Origin: Planctomycetota bacterium
GTDB taxonomy: Bacteria > Planctomycetota > UBA1135 > UBA2386
Direction: 5' to 3'
DNA length: 64,000 nucleotides
Assembly (NCBI GenBank): GCA_947501605.1
Contig: CANMWZ010000007.1
Span: 32,001 to 96,000 of the forward strand
Made by a program: the position numbers and the translations under genes. The first letter of the stretch is position 1. Each line of letters begins with the position of its first letter. This document shows, piece after piece, positions 57,306 to 64,000 of this stretch. Below the pieces are notes generated by a model. It saw only the letters and a list, made by a program, of their open reading frames with translations, had not been told where the DNA came from and made no database searches.

Positions 57306-59012
57306 TCACAGGTAGGTGTAGGTCGTGGTCGTCTGGCAGCCACCGACGGTCGTGATCACTACGGTCGCGACGCCGGGCGTGCCTGCCGGCGTGCGCACGA
57401 GGACCGCGGTCGCACTGACCGATTGCACGGCGGCCGCGACGCCGCCGATGGTCACCGTCGTACCGGCGGAGAAGCCGGTGCCGTTCATGATGAAGAACTG
57501 GCCGCCTGCAGCCACGCCGCTTCCGAGCGAGGTCGAGGTGACCACCGGGTTCGCATTGATCGGGCCCGTTGCCGTCTGGCCGTCGAGGTTCTGCACCGTC
57601 AGTTGCGAGCCGCACGGTAGACCCGCGGGATAACTGAAGGTCACCTGCGTCGCAGTCCGCGTGAGCACGGACGCCGGCGTGCCCGCGACCACGAGCGTGA
57701 GCCCGTTCTGAAAGCCCGTGCCGGTGATCGTGATCGTCTGCCCCGGCAGCGCGCTCAGCGGCGCGACGGTCGTGATCGTTGGTGCTGGCGAGTTGCGGAA
57801 CTGTAGGTCGATGGCGTTGGTGACGCCGAGAGTCAGGGGGCTCGAACTCGTCGCGATCACGCCTTGCAACGTGATGTCGAGGACGAACGGAACCGCGCCG
57901 GCTGGCAGCTGGATCGAGTAGGGGGCCGGGCCCGCGGGCAACAGCGTTCCCGGGTTGGTGAAGGCGTCGGCCAGCAGCAACGTGCCGATGCCGAAGGGCG
58001 CGACTTCGAGGCACATCCGGCCAAATGGCGATAGCGCCGCAGGGCTTTGCGGGTTCGGGAACAGGCCACCGAGCAGGACCCATGGCGCGCCCGCGCCGTG
58101 CGCCGTGGGCGAGGCCATGTCGAGCGAGAACGGCTGGTAGGTCGGCAGGGTCACGGTCCGCAGCGGGCCGCCAGTCGAGCCGTTAACGCGCAGTACGTCC
58201 TCGCCGATCGTACCGGCATAGCACGGGTCGCGCAGCGGCGTGCTGTTCCAGTTCCAGGTCAGAATCTCGACCAGTTCGGTGAGCGTGCCGGCACCCGTGG
58301 TGGCGCAGAAGCCGAGGAAGGCCGTGCCCGCGGCCAGAGTCGGCGCTGGGGCCGCCACGCCGTTTGCATACAGGCCGCCCGTGAGCAGGCTGTAGGCGCG
58401 AGTCACCGTGGGCGTCGCCGCGCCGTCCACATAGACCTCGATCGTGCCGGGCACGTAGCGAACGCGCAGCGAGTGCACTTGCGCGTTGCTCAGCACCGCG
58501 GCGGGCGTGGCGCGGGCGATGGAGTACTGCTCGTTCTCGTGGTTGCCCTGCGCACCGCGCGTGTGAATCGTCAGTTCGTTGGCGCTGGTGTCGCCAAGGA
58601 AGGCGTCCAGGTACGTATCGAGCTCGATTGCGATCGAGTTGCGGATGCCGACTGCGGTGTTCGCGCCAGTGCCGTAGCCCATGCCCCAGACCGTGCCGCC
58701 CGTGGTGGCGATTCCGTTCGGGTCGTCATGGATCACCAGGGCCATGCCTTCGGCCTTCGTGCCGACCGCGGGCGGGGTAATGCGGAACGTGAACGTGGTG
58801 TCGAAGCCGGCGACGACGGGCATCGCGGTGCGGTGCCACGCCCAGCCAGTCTGGTTGCTGGCATTGGCGGTGAGTCGCAGGGCTGCCCCGCTCTGTGCGG
58901 CGTTGCCGAGCAGGTTGAGAGTCGCGACGTTGGTGAAGTCGGCGTAGCTGAACGACTGTGCGGGAATGGCGGCGGCGAGTAGCGACGCGAAGGCAAATCG
59001 GAGGAGCATCAT
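57306..59012 (-). CDS. Secreted legume-lectin (L-type) domain protein with two IPT/TIG domains
   Basis: Signal peptide; LRLT, FDTTFTF, EGMALVI, SIAIELDTY, GFCATTG; C-terminal PTITTVAP...ITITGTGF and MNGTGF..GTTVTIGG. Confidence 0.85.
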   Translation of the reverse strand: MMLLRFAFASLLAAAIPAQSFSYADFTNVATLNLLGNAAQSGAALRLTANASNQTGWAWHRTAMPVVAGFDTTFTFRITPPAVGTKAEGMALVIHDDPNGIATTGGTVWGMGYGTGANTAVGIRNSIAIELDTYLDAFLGDTSANELTIHTRGAQGNHENEQYSIARATPAAVLSNAQVHSLRVRYVPGTIEVYVDGAATPTVTRAYSLLTGGLYANGVAAPAPTLAAGTAFLGFCATTGAGTLTELVEILTWNWNSTPLRDPCYAGTIGEDVLRVNGSTGGPLRTVTLPTYQPFSLDMASPTAHGAGAPWVLLGGLFPNPQSPAALSPFGRMCLEVAPFGIGTLLLADAFTNPGTLLPAGPAPYSIQLPAGAVPFVLDITLQGVIATSSSPLTLGVTNAIDLQFRNSPAPTITTVAPLSALPGQTITITGTGFQNGLTLVVAGTPASVLTRTATQVTFSYPAGLPCGSQLTVQNLDGQTATGPINANPVVTSTSLGSGVAAGGQFFIMNGTGFSAGTTVTIGGVAAAVQSVSATAVLVRTPAGTPGVATVVITTVGGCQTTTTYTYL

Positions 59013-59261
59013 CAAAGCTGGATGAAGGGTGCGGTCAGGGGGGTGGCAGATGGTAGCGAACGGCTCCGGGCTGAGGGATCGCGAACCGGCCTCGAACTGA
59101 TCGCGAACAGCCGGACAACCTGTGGCGAGTCCGAGCGATGTTCCGCTTGGCCGGAACGCTCCGTCTGCACAGTGGATTCGCCGAACGCGGCGGGAATGTG
59201 CAGGCACTACGTTTCCGAGCCCCCCGCGTCGGAATAGTCCGGCGCCAGCGCCGAACCCGAC

Positions 59262-62200
59262 ATGATGCCCTTGCTCCGCGCCCTCGTCCTATCGTTGCTC
59301 ACCGCTGCGGTTGCAGGCCAGAGCGAACGACCACCCGAAGGATTTCAGCTCGCTGTCGGCATGCAGCAACGGGCGCTGCACGAGGAGGCGGCCGGCGCCT
59401 TCGAACAGTTCGTCAAGGCGAGCGGCTCGCACCCGCTCGCGGCCGAGGCGCGCTACCGCCTCGGTCAGTGCCGGCAGGAACTCCAGCAGGTGGACGCGGC
59501 GATCGCTGCCTTCGACGCCGCGTTGGCCGCGGGCGGCACCGGCTTTCGGTTGCGCGCCGAGTGCCGCTATCGCCTCGGCAACCTGCGCGAGCAGCAGCAG
59601 GACCATCGCGGTGCGCTGCAGCAGTTCGAGGCGCTCGCGACGGAGAGCGGCAGTGAACATTATCTCGCGTCGGCGGCGCACTTCGCCGCCGGGGAGGCCT
59701 GGCGCGAACTCGGCGATGACGAGAAGGCGGCTCAGCAGTTCGCGGCGGCGGCCGAGTCCGCGACCGGGGAACGAGCGAACTACCAGTTCTCGTCCTTCTA
59801 CCAGTTGGGGTTCGCGCGGGTCCGCTTGCAACAGTGGCCGGCAGCAGCGATCGCATTTGGTGAAGCGACCAAGTCGGCGCCCGACGATGCGGCCAAGGGT
59901 GAGTCCAACTTTCTGTGCGGCGATGCGATGCTGCGCGGGGGCGACCACGATGGCGCGACCAAGGCCTTCCAGAAGGCGCAGAAACTCGGTGGCGAGTTCG
60001 CCGATGACGCGGCGCACGGACTTGGCTGGGTCGCAGTGGGTCGCAGGGATCGGGGCGCGGCCGCGCGCGCGTTCGGTGCGTTGCTCGAGCAGTTTCCCGA
60101 CTCGCCCTTCGTGCCAACCTCACGTCTCGAACTGGCACGGGCGCTGTACCAGGACGGCAAGCACGCGCGCGCAACCGATCAACTCAACACTCTGCTCGCC
60201 AGCGAGTCGCCCGCGCCGATTCGGCAGCAGGCCCAGGAGCTGCTCGGACTGTGTGCGCTCGCATCGGGTGATGGCGAGGCGGCGGTGGCGTCGCTGCAAC
60301 AGGCGATCGCGACCGCAACCCCGGCAGAGAAAGCTCGGTTGTCCTTCGCTCTCGGCGAGTCGCTCGCCAACCTCTCGCGCTGGGACGAGGCCGTCGTGGC
60401 CTACGACGCGGTGCCTGCCGACGCCCCTGTGGATCTCCGCGGTGACGCGGCCTACGGCGCCTGCTTTGCATTGCATGCAGCCGGTCGTCACCAAGACTCG
60501 ATTGCGCGCGCCGAACGGGTGTTGGCGCAAACCCCGCCGCATCGACTCGCGACCGAGGCGCAGTTAGCGCTGGCCGAGAATCACTTTGCACTGAAGCAGT
60601 ACGAGGCGGCGGAGTCCGCCTACGCGGCAATCCCCGATGCGAGCGGGCACGCACCCGTGATCGCATGGAAGCTCGCGTGGTGTCGCTACCTTCGTGGCGA
60701 CAGGAAGGACGCAGTGGCTCGGTTCGCGGCGATCGCAGGAGACGCAAACTCGCCGCACGCCGAAGAGGCACTGTCGATGCAGGCGCTCGCCCAGTTCGAG
60801 GACGGCGACGGCGATGGGGCGCTGGCCACGGCCGACCGCTACCGCGCCCGACATCGCGCTGGCGCGTTCCTTGACCGCACCGAGCGGGTGGCGTCGCGGG
60901 TGCTGCAGAAGAAGGGGGATCTTCCGGCTGCGCAGCAGCGACTCTTGCGTGCTGCGTCCGCGGCCAAGGCGCGCGGTAGCGATAGCGACGCCAGTGGCGA
61001 CCAGATCGAACAGGCCGAACTCGCCTACCAGCAGGGCGATTTCCGCGGCGCCGACCAGGCCTTTGCCGCGTTGCAGCAGCGCAGCGATGCCGCCGGCGCG
61101 CGGTCCTTGGCAGGTCGCGCCTGGTGCGCGTTCGAACTCGGCGACGATGCGGCCTGCAAGACGAGAATCGCGGCGGCCAAAGCGCATCCGGAGGCTCTGC
61201 AAGAACGGCCACAGTTGCTCGAACTCGAGTCCGCCTTGCACCATCGAGCGCAGGACTGGCCCTCAGCGATCGCGACGGCGACGGAGTTCTTGGCGACGTT
61301 CGCCGCGCACGAGAAGGCCGCCGGCATGAGCTACTCGCTCGGCGTCGCGCAGTCGCGCGCCGGCGACCACGGCGCCGCGCGGACGACCTTGTCCCAGCTC
61401 CTCTCGGCGGGTGGCGGTGCACGCAAGGACCGCACGGCCTACGAACTCGCCTGGGCAGCGCGAAAGGCCGGGGACGAACCGGCCGCGCTTGCGGCGTTCG
61501 CGTTGTCGGCGGCGTCGTCGGACGTCGAGATCGCGGGTGAGTCCAAGCTGCATCTCGGCATGGCCGCACTCGACAAGCGCGACCTCGCCGCGGCGCGCTC
61601 GGTACTCGACGCGGTGCAGGGCAGCTATCGCGGTCGGGCGCTCTACCGGCTCGCATTTGCTGAGTTCGAGGCGGCAGGCGCGGCCAAGGAGCAGCTCGCG
61701 GCGGCTCGCGACCGGTTCGTCGCGGTTGCGGCGATCGAGGGCGAGGCGCTCGCAAGCGAGGCACGCTACATGACTGCGCAGTGCTGCCATCGCCTCGGCG
61801 ACGATCGCGGTGCCGTCGCTGCGTGCCAGCAGTTGCTGCAGGCGGACAAGAAGCACGAACGCGCGGCTGCTGCGCGACTCCTGCTCGGCGAGTGCGCACT
61901 GTCGGTCGGGGATCACGCGCTGGTTGTCGAGGCCTTGGAGCCCTTCATTCGGGCCAAGGACCGCGATCGTGCCGATTTGGCGCGAGCCCATCTGTGGCTC
62001 GGCCGAGCACGCCTTCAGCGCAACGACTATGTGGCGGCCGAGGCCGCGCTCATCAAAGTCACCGAACTCAGCGATGGGCCTCTGGCTGCCGAAGCGCAGT
62101 TCCGGATCGGCGAAGGGCGCATGCAGCAGAACGACCTCCGTGGAGCCGCCGACGCCTTCGTCAAGCTGCCGATCCTCTACGCCGACCCCAACTGGGTGCG

Positions 62201-62342
62201 GGCGGGCCTGCTGCAGGCTGGTCTCTGCTATGAGCGACTCGACCAAGGCGACAAGGCCCAGCGGTTCTTTCGCGAGTTGCTGGAGAAGCACGAGGGCAGC
62301 TCCGAAGCCAAGTCGGCGCGCGAGCACGTTCGCAACAACTGA
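59262..62342 (+). CDS. Large secreted TPR-repeat protein (CpoB/YbgF-like repeats)
   Basis: Signal peptide; repeated AEARYRLG, FPDSPF, AQFRIGE TPR units. Confidence 0.88.
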   Translation: MMPLLRALVLSLLTAAVAGQSERPPEGFQLAVGMQQRALHEEAAGAFEQFVKASGSHPLAAEARYRLGQCRQELQQVDAAIAAFDAALAAGGTGFRLRAECRYRLGNLREQQQDHRGALQQFEALATESGSEHYLASAAHFAAGEAWRELGDDEKAAQQFAAAAESATGERANYQFSSFYQLGFARVRLQQWPAAAIAFGEATKSAPDDAAKGESNFLCGDAMLRGGDHDGATKAFQKAQKLGGEFADDAAHGLGWVAVGRRDRGAAARAFGALLEQFPDSPFVPTSRLELARALYQDGKHARATDQLNTLLASESPAPIRQQAQELLGLCALASGDGEAAVASLQQAIATATPAEKARLSFALGESLANLSRWDEAVVAYDAVPADAPVDLRGDAAYGACFALHAAGRHQDSIARAERVLAQTPPHRLATEAQLALAENHFALKQYEAAESAYAAIPDASGHAPVIAWKLAWCRYLRGDRKDAVARFAAIAGDANSPHAEEALSMQALAQFEDGDGDGALATADRYRARHRAGAFLDRTERVASRVLQKKGDLPAAQQRLLRAASAAKARGSDSDASGDQIEQAELAYQQGDFRGADQAFAALQQRSDAAGARSLAGRAWCAFELGDDAACKTRIAAAKAHPEALQERPQLLELESALHHRAQDWPSAIATATEFLATFAAHEKAAGMSYSLGVAQSRAGDHGAARTTLSQLLSAGGGARKDRTAYELAWAARKAGDEPAALAAFALSAASSDVEIAGESKLHLGMAALDKRDLAAARSVLDAVQGSYRGRALYRLAFAEFEAAGAAKEQLAAARDRFVAVAAIEGEALASEARYMTAQCCHRLGDDRGAVAACQQLLQADKKHERAAAARLLLGECALSVGDHALVVEALEPFIRAKDRDRADLARAHLWLGRARLQRNDYVAAEAALIKVTELSDGPLAAEAQFRIGEGRMQQNDLRGAADAFVKLPILYADPNWVRAGLLQAGLCYERLDQGDKAQRFFRELLEKHEGSSEAKSAREHVRNN

Positions 62343-62372
62343 ATCACCGTCCTGCAACCACGACCGAAGCCA

Positions 62373-63062
62373 ATGACGACCCTTTCGTTCCAGGAGCCGA
62401 GCGTTGCGACGCTGGGCGAGTTCTTCACCGCAGGCGGTGCCCTGATGTGGCCGATCTTCGGCTGCTCGGTGGTCGTGGCCGGGCTCGCGATCGAACGCTA
62501 CGTCAGTCTGCGTCGTTCGCGGGTGCTGCCGACAGCAGTAGAAGCAACCGTGGCGCTGGTCGTCGGCGAACAAAGCGCTGCTGCGGCGGACGAACTCGCA
62601 AACGCAGCTTCGCCAGGCATGCGCGTGCTGGCCGCCGGGGTGCGTCGCCGCGGCTTTGCCCTCGCCGACGTCGAGAAGGCCATGGAAGACACGTTGGCGC
62701 AGGAGTCAGCGCGCATGCGTGGCAACGTTCGTGGGATCGTGCTGATGGCATCCGTGTCGCCGCTGCTGGGTCTTCTGGGCACGGTGTTGGGTATCGCCGA
62801 CGCCTTCGCTGCCGTGGAGCAAACGGGGCTCGGCAAGGCCGAGAGCAGCGAGGCGCTTGCTGCTGGCATCAAGGTCGCGCTCTACACGACGATCTTCGGC
62901 CTGTTCGTCGCCATCCCAGCGACGCTGGTTGCCGCACACCTGCAGGCGCGCGCTCGACGCCTCGCTGCGGCAATCGCGAGTGCCGTGTCGCCGGCCATCG
63001 AAGCACTCGCAAGGCGTCCGGCGGATCCACAGAATCCCCAGAAGGACACCCATGCGGCATGA
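62373..63062 (+). CDS. MotA/TolQ/ExbB proton channel protein
   Basis: GGALMWPI, SPLLGLLGTVLGI, ALYTTIFGLFVAIPA. Confidence 0.93.
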   Translation: MTTLSFQEPSVATLGEFFTAGGALMWPIFGCSVVVAGLAIERYVSLRRSRVLPTAVEATVALVVGEQSAAAADELANAASPGMRVLAAGVRRRGFALADVEKAMEDTLAQESARMRGNVRGIVLMASVSPLLGLLGTVLGIADAFAAVEQTGLGKAESSEALAAGIKVALYTTIFGLFVAIPATLVAAHLQARARRLAAAIASAVSPAIEALARRPADPQNPQKDTHAA

Positions 63063-63468
63063 CTTTGGCGACGACGACGAAGTCGGCGGCATCGACCTCA
63101 CGCCGATGTTGGACGTCGTCTTCTTGCTGTTGATCTTCTTCCTCGCTGCGACCACGTTCGCGCGCGAGGAGGTCGAGCTCGATCTGCGCTTGCCACCGGC
63201 CAAGACGGGGCAGACTGGCAAGGGGGACACGCAAGTCGTCATCAACCTGATGGCTGACGGTCGCATCCAAATCGACGGCCGCGAGGTCACGCTCGAGGCG
63301 CTGCGGCAGAAGCTGACCGCAGCCGCCGCGCGCAACCCGGAGCAGTCCGTATTGGTGCGCGGCGACCAAAAGGCACAGTTCGGCATCGGCATCGAGGTCC
63401 TCGATGCCTGCCGCCTCGCCAAGCTCAAGAAGCTCGATTTCGGCGCCGTACCCGTGAAGGGGAACTGA
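63052..63468 (+). CDS. ExbD/TolR family protein
   Basis: IDLTPMLDVVFLLLIFF (conserved Asp), LP.A, VRGD. Confidence 0.93.
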   Translation: MRHDFGDDDEVGGIDLTPMLDVVFLLLIFFLAATTFAREEVELDLRLPPAKTGQTGKGDTQVVINLMADGRIQIDGREVTLEALRQKLTAAAARNPEQSVLVRGDQKAQFGIGIEVLDACRLAKLKKLDFGAVPVKGN

Positions 63469-63474
63469 CCGGCG

Positions 63475-64000
63475 ATGGCGAAGATGACGGGAGCACTGAG
63501 CGAGGGCACGCGGCGCATCGCGATGCGGCTGTCGTGGGGCGCACTGCTGATTGCCGCCTCGTTGCTCGTCGGTCTGCGCATTGGCCGCCCGGCGTACTAC
63601 ACCGACGGCGCCCGCGAGCTGCCAGCAGCCGAGTTGTCGGCAGCCGGCATGCTGCAGTGGCGCACGCCGATGCCGCTGGCCGAACTTCCAGGCCCGGTCA
63701 CTGGCCGCATCGCTCTCCTTGTCGATGGCCGCGTGCTCTACGCCAGGCTCGGCGCCGATGGCACCTCCGACCTCGTGACCTGGGACCCGGCGCGACCGAC
63801 GGTGCCGCCAGAGCCAGTGCATGCGCTCAACACCGAGGGCGACGAACTGTCGCCGGCGATCGATGCCGAGGGTCGCGTGTGGTTTGCGTCCGATCGCGAG
63901 GGCGGCAGCGGTGGCCATGACCTCTACGTCGCGCCGCGATTGCTGGCAGCTGCTGCCGAAGTCGAGCGCGTGGCGGAATGTTCGAGCCCACTCGACGAGT
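63475..64000 (+). CDS. Membrane-anchored PD40/TolB-like beta-propeller protein (partial, runs off the window end)
   Basis: Open frame from ATG 63475 to the end; TM LSWGALLIAASLLVG; NTEGDELSPAIDAEGRVWFASDREGGSGGHDLY. Not in the ORF track. Confidence 0.8.
   Translation, partial: MAKMTGALSEGTRRIAMRLSWGALLIAASLLVGLRIGRPAYYTDGARELPAAELSAAGMLQWRTPMPLAELPGPVTGRIALLVDGRVLYARLGADGTSDLVTWDPARPTVPPEPVHALNTEGDELSPAIDAEGRVWFASDREGGSGGHDLYVAPRLLAAAAEVERVAECSSPLDE

Noticed and set aside
689..62573. Many long antisense or alternate-frame ORFs (e.g. 689-1864, 6954-8957, 22280-24571, 32564-34930, 53602-56301)
   Set aside because: They shadow well-supported genes and are expected from stop-codon scarcity in high-GC3 DNA; no recognisable motifs.

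Overview
A GC-rich bacterial chromosomal window, very likely from Planctomycetota (DUF1549/DUF1553 plus DUF1501 pair, many secreted hypotheticals). No mobile element, CRISPR array, rRNA or tRNA was recognised. In order it carries: a roadblock-roadblock-MglA-MglB module; metG; a glutaryl-CoA-dehydrogenase-like gene; a secreted CotH kinase / pyrophosphatase / PhoX-like group; an old yellow enzyme; an S15 peptidase; leuS; an ECF sigma/anti-sigma pair followed by DUF1553 and DUF1501 genes; a divergent Wzx/Wzy exopolysaccharide cluster; an HD-GYP regulator; an RluA-family synthase; a large secreted HExxH protein; an aldolase-SDR fusion; an ABC-2 exporter; a DEAD-box helicase; an hcrCAB-like molybdoenzyme; a lectin-IPT surface protein; and a TPR-ExbB-ExbD-PD40 operon. 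Two complete genes absent from the ORF track were read directly from the sequence: an Rdx/SelW-family selenoprotein (CxxU with a SECIS-like hairpin) and a 26-aa Lys-rich peptide with its own terminator. The most notable findings are (1) a shared ~130-aa C-terminal domain on unrelated secreted proteins, two of which bracket the EPS cluster (candidate sorting/anchoring system), (2) an MglA GTPase with a C-terminal membrane anchor, and (3) an HcrA-like subunit with Gln at the catalytic Glu position. All family assignments come from motif recognition without database searches.
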